From IMG/VR virus record IMGVR_UViG_3300020044_008989, positions 32,001-96,000 of that record: a DNA stretch of 64,000 nt, one strand, 5' to 3'. The DNA comes from an uncultured virus (IMG/VR IMGVR_UViG_3300020044_008989). Lineage: Duplodnaviria > Heunggongvirae > Uroviricota > Caudoviricetes. The notes under the pieces were generated by a model that was given only the letters and a program-made list of their open reading frames with translations, was not told where the DNA came from and ran no database searches. The translations under genes and the position numbers were made by a program. Shown here one piece after another: positions 1-8,862 of the stretch (position 1 is the first letter of the stretch; every line of letters starts with the position of its first letter).

Positions 1-2
1 AC

Positions 3-434
3 CGATGGGGCTCTGGAATGTTTGGCGTGTGGGCGGACTCTAAACCTCTATTAACGGAGGGCGAATTTCCCATTGAAAGTATGGGGATGGGTCTTTGGGC
101 CGTTAGAAAGAAAGCGTGGAAGGGAATTTCTCCATATTTTCGTGGTTTTGGCAGCGAGGAGTACACGATTCACCGTTACATTAAGCACTGGGGCGGCGAA
201 ACAATTCTATTAGGTGGACTTGGATGGTTTCATTCTTTTCAAAGACTCTCGCCGCCATCTTTTAAAATTTCCAATGAGGATAGAATGTTTAACTACTTTC
301 TTGGGGCGTTTGACGTTTATAAAACAGAAGATCATCCGTTCTTCCAAGAGGTAAGAGAGTATTTCTTGGGAGAGAAAGTTCCTGAGTCCGTTATTGAGAC
401 TATCTATCAGGAAGCAAAGAGCTTGGTTTTTTAA
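3..434 (+). CDS. Glycosyltransferase (GT-A fold, GT2/GT7-like), C-terminal part; 5' truncated by window edge
   Basis: Frame is open to the window start; FRGFGSEE resembles the GWGxED motif of GT2/GT7; glycosyltransferase neighbourhood. Confidence 0.55.
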   Translation, partial: RWGSGMFGVWADSKPLLTEGEFPIESMGMGLWAVRKKAWKGISPYFRGFGSEEYTIHRYIKHWGGETILLGGLGWFHSFQRLSPPSFKISNEDRMFNYFLGAFDVYKTEDHPFFQEVREYFLGEKVPESVIETIYQEAKSLVF

Positions 435-951
435 AGACTAAACCATTTTCGCGGGCGAAATTTCTTATCATTGCGGATTTGGAGCGGGTGGTTTGAGTCA
501 TTTCCTCCATGAAAATAAAACCCCAATCTTCGAATACGTCAATCCAATAACTTGCAGGTTGACAATTAACATGATGATATCCAGCCTTTTTAGGCGGCGC
601 GTGAGTTAGGAACACGGAAGAACAAGAATTAAATGTCTCCATAAAATTAGGTAGATACTTTTCTTCAACGTGCTCCACAAATTCTACCGACCAACCTAGA
701 TCAAAAACAGGGATTTTTAGCGGCCCGCTAGAAAAATCGTGAGAAACTACTGATTCACGAGCCATTTTAGGATCGCCGTCTATTCCCTGCCAAGAAATAT
801 TTTTTGCGGCGGCAAGTTTTTCCATTCCTCCTGGCCCGCATCCAATATCAACCATAGATTTTACGCCAAAAGATTCTATCATGTAATCTAAGACCCCCGA
901 ATCAACGTGAGTAACATTCAAGTGTCCGCCGAGATGTTTGGGAGTAGTCAT
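400..951 (-). CDS. Class I SAM-dependent methyltransferase
   Basis: Motif I MVDIGCGPG; FDLGWSVEFVEHV; GYHHVNCQP. Confidence 0.8.
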   Translation of the reverse strand: MTTPKHLGGHLNVTHVDSGVLDYMIESFGVKSMVDIGCGPGGMEKLAAAKNISWQGIDGDPKMARESVVSHDFSSGPLKIPVFDLGWSVEFVEHVEEKYLPNFMETFNSCSSVFLTHAPPKKAGYHHVNCQPASYWIDVFEDWGFIFMEEMTQTTRSKSAMIRNFARENGLVFKKPSSLLPDR

Positions 952-1595
952 GGTCTGTCAAAGCAGTTAATTTTACTTGGAAGATTCGACAAGTTTACAA
1001 TTCGCACTCCTAAGTTCCTTGAGAGGTTGTATGCTTGATTGAATTTATTGATCAATTCCTCTTCCCCTAATCTAAGAGGGTCTGGTGTTCCATGCCCATA
1101 AAAAAAGTCGCTTTTAAATTCAGAAAAAGTTTCCTCGGACCAATCTTTAATTGTTTGATTTGGGGCGCGAAGAAAATTATTTTGCGGCGTTGGTTTTCCA
1201 AGAGATAGCCACTTGTCTGTCTTATCCTTATTGTAATCATGATCGAAACCAAGAAGATGAATTGCCTCGCCAGCGAACTCGTTCATTATCCAATATAACC
1301 CCTGAAAAAACATGGTGTATCCAACCCAATGTTCGGGAGACTGACACGCAATACCGTGATTCTTACAGAAATTTTTAATCGCCGTCGAGTATTCTTTGTG
1401 GCTTATTTCTTGCGAGTAGTTTTTATTCTTGGGGTAGTTTTCCCTTGGGAAGTCTCCAGAGTGAATCCAAATATCAAATTGAGAATCGTCAAAAAGCCTC
1501 CATGCGTTGTTTAAACATACAATCTTGTAGTAAGAAAGGTCTATGTTTTTGACTTGAAGCGAGGAATTTCCGCTCCCGATATAAAGAATAGGCAT
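948..1595 (-). CDS. GT29/Cst-like or MptE-like (DUF115) Rossmann-fold protein
   Basis: ILYIGSGNS, IVCLNNAW and IHLLGFD motif pattern. Confidence 0.55.
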   Translation of the reverse strand: MPILYIGSGNSSLQVKNIDLSYYKIVCLNNAWRLFDDSQFDIWIHSGDFPRENYPKNKNYSQEISHKEYSTAIKNFCKNHGIACQSPEHWVGYTMFFQGLYWIMNEFAGEAIHLLGFDHDYNKDKTDKWLSLGKPTPQNNFLRAPNQTIKDWSEETFSEFKSDFFYGHGTPDPLRLGEEELINKFNQAYNLSRNLGVRIVNLSNLPSKINCFDRP

Positions 1596-1606
1596 CCCCT
1601 ATACTA

Positions 1607-1870
1607 TCAATCCACGCGCTTTTTAGCATAAGCCGCGCCGCTAGTCAACTGAATAACCTCAAAAGGAAAACTTAGTTCAAACGGATGATTGAAGCTTTTA
1701 CCCGTGAGATAAGCTGAATTATCACATAGAGCAGAGGTAATGCCAGTCACCCCAAAAGTCACCCCAACAGTCTGAATCCCAACAAACTTGCCCGTATAAA
1801 TGGTTCCACCAGTGATAAATGAGCCGCCCAGCAGGCCCGCGTTAGTTGCTTGGATAGTAGTAGGTGACAT
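1607..1870 (-). CDS. Small hypothetical protein, possibly virion-associated
   Basis: 87 aa, Gly/Thr-rich; GTGTAA motif 9 nt upstream. Confidence 0.5.
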   Translation of the reverse strand: MSPTTIQATNAGLLGGSFITGGTIYTGKFVGIQTVGVTFGVTGITSALCDNSAYLTGKSFNHPFELSFPFEVIQLTSGAAYAKKRVD

Positions 1871-1879
1871 ATTATTGTT

Positions 1880-1885
1880 TTACAC
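1880..1885 (-). promoter_or_regulatory. GTGTAA motif (candidate late promoter); also 2417-2422(-), 16083-16088(-), 25784-25789(+), 37993-37998(+), CTGTAA 39127-39132(-)
   Basis: Four copies lie 8-9 nt before a start codon of genes lacking an obvious TTGACA promoter. Confidence 0.5.
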
Positions 1886-1997
1886 GAAAAGCCAAGGACC
1901 GCTCACTAAAGCATAGTCAATAATAGGAATGACTGGAGGCTTTGAAACGCAAGAAGTTAAGAAAAACAGACATGCGGCCAATACTAGCAACTGTTTC

Positions 1998-2408
1998 TTA
2001 CATGCGGACGCGGTAAATGGATTGGATTTCATTGTCGGTTAATAGTAGCGGTTCTCCTGTTTGTGGTTCTAAAAATATCGGCCCTTTGTCTGTAAAAGCG
2101 CAAGTGATAGCGTGTTGTTCTCCTGATTCTTTAATGTATCCAATTTCTGATACCGCAATTCCTTCAGCCTCGCCCTTGCTTGCTTTGTGGCAAATTTGAG
2201 CAAAAAGTCTGAACATAGAAGAAAAATCATCACAATCAAACTTCTTATCCCAGACGCTTATGTTTAATCTACCGAGTTCTTTAATGAAAAAATCGTAAAA
2301 CGGCCCTAAAACCCACGCCTTTTTCGGGAGATTATAGTCGTTGTCAGTGAAGAGGCATTTCTCCATCCAGGAAAATTGCAAAAAGTCTTTTCGTTTTAAA
2401 ATCTTCAC
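1998..2408 (-). CDS. Papain/transglutaminase-like cysteine-protease fold protein (MOA agglutinin C-terminal-like)
   Basis: FDCDDF...QHA...FLEPQT Cys-His-Glu pattern. Confidence 0.6.
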   Translation of the reverse strand: MKILKRKDFLQFSWMEKCLFTDNDYNLPKKAWVLGPFYDFFIKELGRLNISVWDKKFDCDDFSSMFRLFAQICHKASKGEAEGIAVSEIGYIKESGEQHAITCAFTDKGPIFLEPQTGEPLLLTDNEIQSIYRVRM

Positions 2409-2468
2409 GTTATTGTTTACACGTTTTCTGGAATATTGCTAGTATAGGGGACGACAATTACTACACAT

Positions 2469-2975
2469 ATGCAATTCCCACTGTACAAAGCGACCCCTTA
2501 CAAAATCAAGAACTCAGAACTTTTTGCTGGAGCAGTATTTAGTTGGAATCTCTGGCGTTTCCAAGATGGTCCAGTGGTTATGATGGAGGCAGTGCGCCAA
2601 AAGTCATACAACCCAGAGAAAAAGACTGGCACTTTTTATAACTGCAAAGACAATCCAGATCAGGGATTCCGCGTTAAGCTAGGAGTAACGGAAATTGGAG
2701 GGTTGTTGCACGCTATTAGGACTTACGATTCTTATAGGATGTTTCATAATTTTGATGACAATAAGACGAAAATTGATTTCGTGACCTACGCTAAAAAGCC
2801 AAAAAATGAGGGCGATGCGCCGACCAAGGCTTTTTCTCTTACTGTTAATAGGAACGGAGTGGCAATTGGTATGGGCGTTGAGTTGGCGGAAGCAGAAGCT
2901 TTGCGAGTTTTCCTTGAAACGGCACTCGCTGAAATTTTCTATGCTAGTGGGCAGCAACAGCAAAAGGGAGAATAA
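2469..2975 (+). CDS. Whirly-like ssDNA-binding protein
   Basis: VKLGVTEIGGLL, RMFH, FSLTV and VELAEAEAL occur in the same order as recalled plant Whirly motifs. Confidence 0.55.
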   Translation: MQFPLYKATPYKIKNSELFAGAVFSWNLWRFQDGPVVMMEAVRQKSYNPEKKTGTFYNCKDNPDQGFRVKLGVTEIGGLLHAIRTYDSYRMFHNFDDNKTKIDFVTYAKKPKNEGDAPTKAFSLTVNRNGVAIGMGVELAEAEALRVFLETALAEIFYASGQQQQKGE

Positions 2976-4891
2976 TGGTCAAAAAACGAGTAGCCGTTCA
3001 TACTGACCATAGCACTTTATTTACTGGTTTCGGTAAATTTAAACGCGCCCTTCTTCGTTATCTTTATAAAACTGACAAGTTTGAACTTTTTGAGTTTTCG
3101 AATGGCATTCAGCATGGAGCACCAGAACTATCTAGGTTGCCTTGGCCGTGTTTTTCTACCCTGCCTACTCCAGAGCAGCAGCAACAGATAAATTCTATAC
3201 AGGATAACGGTCAAAGAGATAATGCTCAAAGGCAAGCGAACTATGGTCGATATGGAGTTCAAAAACTTTTGCGCGAAAATAAAATTGATGTACTCGTATC
3301 GTCACAAGATTCGTGGGGGGTAGATTTTTTGCCTAATCTGCCAGAGGTTCAGAATACTACATTTATTCCCCATGTAACGATTGATTCCGAGTTTTTGATT
3401 CCGTCTCAGATTGATTTAGCGGGCTCAGTTGATAAGCTCTATACTTGGGCGTCTTTTGCTCTTAGGGAGTATAAGAAGCACGGGTATAATAATGTTGAAT
3501 TTCTTCCTGGATGTGTGGACTCGTCCAACTTCTTTCCGCTGGAAGACGGCAAGAGAAGAGGATTAAGGCAAAAATTCGGCCTAAACGACTCATTCTCAAT
3601 CATTTACGTTTTTAGGTCACAACTCCGTAAGCTGGTTCCAAATCTACTTGACGGATTCAAACTCTTCAAGGAGAAATATCCAGAATCAAAAGCTAAACTC
3701 ATTCTTGTTACAAGTGCTCAGGAAGGGTGGAATATCCCAGAATTAATCTCTCAGAGAAGTTTGGACCCGAAGGATATTTTCTTTTGTTATTTTTGTAAAA
3801 ACTGCAAACATTACGAACTGCGTCCGTTTTCAGGACACGATCAAGACTGTCCTCACTGCGGCACACAAAAAACATTCAACACGATCAATATCGTCCACGG
3901 AATTTCCGAGGAGCAGTTGAATGAGTGTTATAATTGCGCAGACATGTTTTGCTCTGTTATGACATCGGGGGGTATGGAAATCAGCCCTTCTATCGAGGCT
4001 AAGTGCGCTGGTTTGCCCGTCGCTTGCACGGGATATTCTTGCGGCGAAGACATTGTTGGCGATGATAGGGGAGGAATCAATATTGAGTATGAAAAGTATT
4101 ACGAGTTCGGGTCATCCTTCGCCAAGGCTTCATCTCAAGGACTACAGGTATTGGACGCTATTGAAAAAATCTGGCTCATGGGAGAAAATGGCAGAAAAGA
4201 ATTTGGATTAATTGGCCGAAAATTTGTCCAAGAAAATCTCGCGCCCGAAATAATTGGCAAAAAATTCGAGGAATTAATTGACGCCGCGCCATATTCTAAT
4301 TGGGACGGTTGGACCCCTCCACCTAAAAACCCCGCACACATTCCCCCGAACAATCTCTCTCCACAAGATTTTGTATTAGATTTATTCGCCAACATTCTCC
4401 GCGAAAGAGTCGATAAAAACAACAGCCAAGTAAAGCATTGGACTGATCACTTAATACGTTCTAATGATCATCAAGGCATTTACAATCATTTTGTCAACCT
4501 TGCGGCTCAACACAACGCTCAATTAAATCATAAAACAGTTGACTTTGGTGAGTTGCTTGACCCTTCAGATGAGAAGAGATTATTAATTGTGATGCCTGAA
4601 AGCGCTGGAGATGTTATCATGGTAAATTCTTTAATCCCGCGAGTGAAAAAACTTTATCCCGAATTCAGAATTTATTTTGCAACAAAACCTCAGTTTAAAG
4701 AATTAGTTGAGCATCTACCAGAGATTCATCGGGTGTTGGATTACCTACCAGCGATGGATGATATTTTCGCCATGACAGGAAGAGGTTCCCACAGGGGGTT
4801 TTTTGATTACTGCTTCTTGCCGCATGGTCAAACGCAAAGATTTTTTCAATACCAGATGAGGGACAATGAACTACGGAGGGAATGGATGTGA
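2975..4891 (+). CDS. Multidomain glycosyltransferase: GT4 with Zn-ribbon insertion, DUF4214-like segment, GT9 N-terminal domain
   Basis: TGFG, RSQLRK, YNCAD, GGMEISPSIEAKCAGLPV; CKNC...CPHC; LLIVMPESAGDV. Confidence 0.8.
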   Translation: MVKKRVAVHTDHSTLFTGFGKFKRALLRYLYKTDKFELFEFSNGIQHGAPELSRLPWPCFSTLPTPEQQQQINSIQDNGQRDNAQRQANYGRYGVQKLLRENKIDVLVSSQDSWGVDFLPNLPEVQNTTFIPHVTIDSEFLIPSQIDLAGSVDKLYTWASFALREYKKHGYNNVEFLPGCVDSSNFFPLEDGKRRGLRQKFGLNDSFSIIYVFRSQLRKLVPNLLDGFKLFKEKYPESKAKLILVTSAQEGWNIPELISQRSLDPKDIFFCYFCKNCKHYELRPFSGHDQDCPHCGTQKTFNTINIVHGISEEQLNECYNCADMFCSVMTSGGMEISPSIEAKCAGLPVACTGYSCGEDIVGDDRGGINIEYEKYYEFGSSFAKASSQGLQVLDAIEKIWLMGENGRKEFGLIGRKFVQENLAPEIIGKKFEELIDAAPYSNWDGWTPPPKNPAHIPPNNLSPQDFVLDLFANILRERVDKNNSQVKHWTDHLIRSNDHQGIYNHFVNLAAQHNAQLNHKTVDFGELLDPSDEKRLLIVMPESAGDVIMVNSLIPRVKKLYPEFRIYFATKPQFKELVEHLPEIHRVLDYLPAMDDIFAMTGRGSHRGFFDYCFLPHGQTQRFFQYQMRDNELRREWM

Positions 4892-5274
4892 TTAAAAATA
4901 TTGAAGAATTGAAAGTGGCAAACAATGAGTTTAATAAACACCTACTCTCTTTAGCAACGAGATGGATTAAGGCAAGACCGTCAAATGATGGATACGGGAT
5001 GCCTCAGTCTGTCAAAATAGAAAATAATAGAATTAGTTTCTTCTGCCGACCAGCATCCCCTGGTCTTTCCAAGTACTATTTTATTAGCGACAAGTATTTG
5101 GATGACGACCTTGCGTTAGAAGAGGACAGTTTAAAAGATTATAATGAAGAAAAACTACTAATTGAAAAAATTTCCTTTTTAAAAAAATCAAAAGATGTTT
5201 TGGAGCTTCAAAAACTTGAAGTGGAACTTTCAAATAAGCTTAATATTTATGGTAATACCAGCTTATTCTCTTAA
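4882..5274 (+). CDS. Hypothetical protein
   Basis: 130 aa ORF tightly packed between glycosyltransferase genes. Confidence 0.55.
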   Translation: MDVIKNIEELKVANNEFNKHLLSLATRWIKARPSNDGYGMPQSVKIENNRISFFCRPASPGLSKYYFISDKYLDDDLALEEDSLKDYNEEKLLIEKISFLKKSKDVLELQKLEVELSNKLNIYGNTSLFS

Positions 5275-5276
5275 GA

Positions 5277-6431
5277 ATGTCTTTACTCGCCACATATTCT
5301 TCTTATTTAGGAGTCCTGCCTTTGGACAAACCGAACCTTAACGTTCAATATTTCCCCGTCCTATACGAGAAATATATAACACTACACGCGGGCGATGGTC
5401 GCATACAAAGCAAACACTTTGACTACTGGCAAGAGGTGGTCGGACTAATTAAACCCGCCCTTCATTATTTCGGCATTCGAATCGTTCAAGTAGGAGGGCC
5501 GCAAGATCAAGTTGTTCAAGGAGTAGATGCGTCATATTTAACCCTGTCTTATGCTCAATCGGCATATGTCCAGAAGGGCGCAATTCTCCATTGCGGAGTG
5601 GATTCGTTGGCGATTCACGCCGCTTCCGCTTTTGGAAAGAAAATTGTGGCCTTGTACTCTCATATTTACAAGAATCAAAGTCCTTGTAACTGGTCCTCTC
5701 CCGAGGATGTTATTTACTTGGAGCCAGATCGTGGAGATAGCCATCCCCCTTTCGGCCCCGTCGAATACCCCAAGATGGTCAACACCATCAAGATAGAAGA
5801 AATTGCCCGCAGCATTTTCTCTTTATTAAATCTCCCCGTCGATATTAAATTTCAGACTCAGTTTATCGGTGAACATTATAATCTTCCAATCGTGGAAGTG
5901 ATTCCTGATTTTTTCGGGGAAAGCGCCGAATTAAATGGCGCGAACATTAATTTGCGGCTCGATTTAAATTTTGACGAGAACTGCTCTCATGCGTGGGCAC
6001 AAAGGTACGTGGTTAAGTTAATCACTAAGCAACCAATCAACCTACAACTCCTTGCGGCGAACAAAAAAAACATCGCCCAACTCACCCTATTGTTTGACGA
6101 CAAAGACAGCTTCTCCTTAGAATATGTCAAAGAGGCGAAAAAACTAATCCCCAATCTTGTGTTGGTTGGAATGAAAGAGGAAAATCTTTCTGACACGCGG
6201 GAAAAGTTTTTCGACTGGACTGTTGAAAGAATGCCAGTTCCAGATCGTAGTAGAGTCGAACGCCTTCCTAAAGATTGCAAGTTCTGGACGAAAAAGACGG
6301 TTTTCTCAAAAGCCCAGCGTTATGCGTCAATCGCACACTGGAAAATGCAAAAACCATTTGACGGTCAGGATTTTGTGGTTGATAGTGAGTCTTTTTGCGA
6401 GGACATACAGCACTTTTTTATCTACAACTAA
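5277..6431 (+). CDS. GT9 (heptosyltransferase-like) C-terminal domain protein
   Basis: YITLHAG, SKHFDYW, IVQVGG, GVDSLAIHAASAFGKKIVALY. Confidence 0.75.
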   Translation: MSLLATYSSYLGVLPLDKPNLNVQYFPVLYEKYITLHAGDGRIQSKHFDYWQEVVGLIKPALHYFGIRIVQVGGPQDQVVQGVDASYLTLSYAQSAYVQKGAILHCGVDSLAIHAASAFGKKIVALYSHIYKNQSPCNWSSPEDVIYLEPDRGDSHPPFGPVEYPKMVNTIKIEEIARSIFSLLNLPVDIKFQTQFIGEHYNLPIVEVIPDFFGESAELNGANINLRLDLNFDENCSHAWAQRYVVKLITKQPINLQLLAANKKNIAQLTLLFDDKDSFSLEYVKEAKKLIPNLVLVGMKEENLSDTREKFFDWTVERMPVPDRSRVERLPKDCKFWTKKTVFSKAQRYASIAHWKMQKPFDGQDFVVDSESFCEDIQHFFIYN

Positions 6432-6432
6432 C

Positions 6433-7236
6433 ATGACACGCAACGAACTCGGCCTCATTGAAGGTCTTGAATACCCAAAAGACAAACTTGGCTACATTTT
6501 GTGGCGTGAAATGATTTCGCCCGAATTTCTTTATCCCAATAAAGAATATTTTGAGCGTAAAAAGATTCCCGTCCCAGATTCTACAGAAGGGCTTCCTGAT
6601 AGTCAATGCCTTGTTAAAATTGGCGGGTTGATTGAGTTGATGCGTATTAGGGGATATACCTCCTTAAATCAAGAAGTTGTCAACGTGGATAACGGATATG
6701 TCACGGCAAAATGCACAATCTACTGGCTCCCCAACTTCGAAACGGATAACAAGGGAGTCTCATTCTCTTGGGTGGCAAACTCCAACCGCGATAATTGCGG
6801 CGATTTCATGGCTCACTACCAAGAAACCCAAGCCCAAAACCGCGCTCTTAGTCTTTGTATTCGCAAGTTTTTAAATATAAACATTGTTTCCGACGAAGAG
6901 GTTTCTAAGGGCGAAACAACCTTGATTCCCGAACCAGAAAAACCCAAGGCCACTCTTCCTGACATCAACAACAAACTCAAAAAAATGCTTGTTAATCACG
7001 GTTTCAAGACGCAGGATGACCTAATCTCCTTATTCGAAGAAATGAAAGCGGCGGATAAAATTTCCATTGAACTAGACGACGTTCGGGACGAAGAGGGTGT
7101 TGTAAGAGTATCTCTCTTCCAACCTAAAGAGTGTCGGATATTTTTAGGTTACATAGACCAAAAAGAAAAGGAAAGAAAAAAGAGACAGCAGGAAGAGGAG
7201 CAAAAATTAAATAAGAAGGCGACTGACCAACAATGA
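6433..7236 (+). CDS. Putative single-strand annealing protein (Rad52/RecT-like)
   Basis: KIGGL...VTAKCTI...ETQAQNRALSLCIRKFLNI; start moved to ATG just after the upstream stop. Confidence 0.5.
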   Translation: MTRNELGLIEGLEYPKDKLGYILWREMISPEFLYPNKEYFERKKIPVPDSTEGLPDSQCLVKIGGLIELMRIRGYTSLNQEVVNVDNGYVTAKCTIYWLPNFETDNKGVSFSWVANSNRDNCGDFMAHYQETQAQNRALSLCIRKFLNINIVSDEEVSKGETTLIPEPEKPKATLPDINNKLKKMLVNHGFKTQDDLISLFEEMKAADKISIELDDVRDEEGVVRVSLFQPKECRIFLGYIDQKEKERKKRQQEEEQKLNKKATDQQ

Positions 7237-7589
7237 AGCGCGAAATTAAGTTCCGAGTTTTTGATTCCTTTAAAAGGAAATTTGTAAATTTTGGAGTTGG
7301 AGGATTACGCTCCGACTATACGTTAGACGATATTTTTGAGGACAACAATGATAGTTTGAGTAGATATTATTTTCAACAATTTACTGGAGTCCTTGACAAA
7401 AACTTAAAAGAAATTTATGAAGGAGACTTTATTAGATGGCAAAATGGATTGCTCTATGAAGTTAAACATGGAAGATGGCGTCATAATGATCTTGATACCG
7501 ATCTTTACGGATGGCATCTCTCACGAGAAAACCGTGAGACGTGGGAGCTTGACAATATTGGATATATTGTAGATAATATTTTTGAATAA
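7233..7589 (+). CDS. YopX family protein
   Basis: MKREIKFRVFD; QFTGVLDKNLKEIYEGD; NIFE. Confidence 0.85.
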   Translation: MKREIKFRVFDSFKRKFVNFGVGGLRSDYTLDDIFEDNNDSLSRYYFQQFTGVLDKNLKEIYEGDFIRWQNGLLYEVKHGRWRHNDLDTDLYGWHLSRENRETWELDNIGYIVDNIFE

Positions 7590-7594
7590 GTAAT

Positions 7595-7783
7595 ATGGTT
7601 TTTGAAATATCTTGCCCTAGCTTCAGGCATTCTAGGCTGTTAGCTAAAAGAATGGAAAAACTCTTAAGCCTTTCAGGCGCGGAGTACAAAAGTCAGTGGT
7701 TCTCTGATAAGATTTCCATAAAAGAGGGTGTTGACGAATATATTTTTACTCCGAAAAAAATTATAACATGGAATTTTTCTTGA
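7595..7783 (+). CDS. Hypothetical protein
   Basis: Operon-packed ORF. Confidence 0.45.
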   Translation: MVFEISCPSFRHSRLLAKRMEKLLSLSGAEYKSQWFSDKISIKEGVDEYIFTPKKIITWNFS

Positions 7784-7832
7784 TTTTAATTGCGGGGCTT
7801 CTTATCTTGGGAGTAATTAAAACTTTCTTCTT

Positions 7833-8285
7833 TTGATTAAGAAAATCACAGACCCGATAGAGCTACAATGCTGTTTTGCCGATCTAGAGAAGGCATTTGG
7901 CGAGGATAATAACCTATATGGTCATGTCGGAGCAAAAATCAACGTCCAATCTATCGTCAAGGCATGGGGGGATTCGCGGCTTCTGAATTTCAACATGCAC
8001 GTTTGGGCGAACAGAGAAACACGATACGACTCAATCATCATGTTCCAAGCAGTGGATAATCATGTATTGGGCGAAAAACTCTGGCAAGAATACTTGTGGT
8101 TGGCAAAAAATTCCCGCGCCGCAATCAAATTATTGAAAGTTTCTCTTGGTTTTGCCCGTAAATTAGGGTATAAGAGATTCGTTATGGGCTCAGTAGAAAA
8201 TCATCCGTCTTCCAAAAAAGTCAGACGATACTACGAATCCCTTGGAATGAAAAAAGATTCAGAACTGTACATAGGAAATTTATGA
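7833..8285 (+). CDS. GNAT-like acetyltransferase fold protein
   Basis: KLLKVSLGFARKLGYK; RRYYESLG. Confidence 0.55.
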   Translation: MIKKITDPIELQCCFADLEKAFGEDNNLYGHVGAKINVQSIVKAWGDSRLLNFNMHVWANRETRYDSIIMFQAVDNHVLGEKLWQEYLWLAKNSRAAIKLLKVSLGFARKLGYKRFVMGSVENHPSSKKVRRYYESLGMKKDSELYIGNL

Positions 8286-8671
8286 GAAAACCATTCGCGA
8301 TTAAAACATGGATAGATTACGATACCTGCAAAATTTTTCCAACGGTGGAATCATATATCGCTTACTGTAAAAACGAAGGGTTCTCTCCGACTCGTTGCGT
8401 TGACGGGGTTTATTTTGTATTTGAAGACCTAGAAGAGGAATTGATTGAAGTGGATTATTTTTTAAAAAACAATATAATTCAGGAGACGATTTTTGATGAG
8501 AGTCTTTTAGAGGCGTCTGGGGAAGCTCAGGAAAATAAGAGCAAGGAAATCTTGGCAAATCTTACTATTCCCAGTGGCGGTTTTGTTACTGGGAGTTATT
8601 TTAGCTCCACTAGCAAAGAAAAATGGATAGAAAATCACAAAAAAGCAAATAAATATTCTTGGTCCAATTAA
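8282..8671 (+). CDS. Hypothetical protein
   Basis: ATGA overlap with the previous ORF. Confidence 0.5.
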   Translation: MRKPFAIKTWIDYDTCKIFPTVESYIAYCKNEGFSPTRCVDGVYFVFEDLEEELIEVDYFLKNNIIQETIFDESLLEASGEAQENKSKEILANLTIPSGGFVTGSYFSSTSKEKWIENHKKANKYSWSN

Positions 8672-8673
8672 TT

Positions 8674-8862
8674 ATGAGAAAACAAACAGTCAAATCCCTC
8701 CGCAAAATCATCAACCCTTCGTCCTCGATTAGTCGCAGAGTATTTCGCCGCTTGAAGAAAAAGTATAACACCTTATCTAGCGACGAAAAGTGCCGCTTCA
8801 AGACAATGGGGCCAATGCTAATGGCTAAACAAGAGTTGCCACTTTCCACTGACCCGACTTAA
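8674..8862 (+). CDS. Small basic hypothetical protein
   Basis: Start moved to ATG 8674 after the upstream stop. Confidence 0.45.
   Translation: MRKQTVKSLRKIINPSSSISRRVFRRLKKKYNTLSSDEKCRFKTMGPMLMAKQELPLSTDPT

Noticed and set aside
6223-6432. N-terminal extension of the 337-aa ORF
   Set aside because: Overlaps the GT9 gene by ~200 nt; ATG 6433 follows its stop directly
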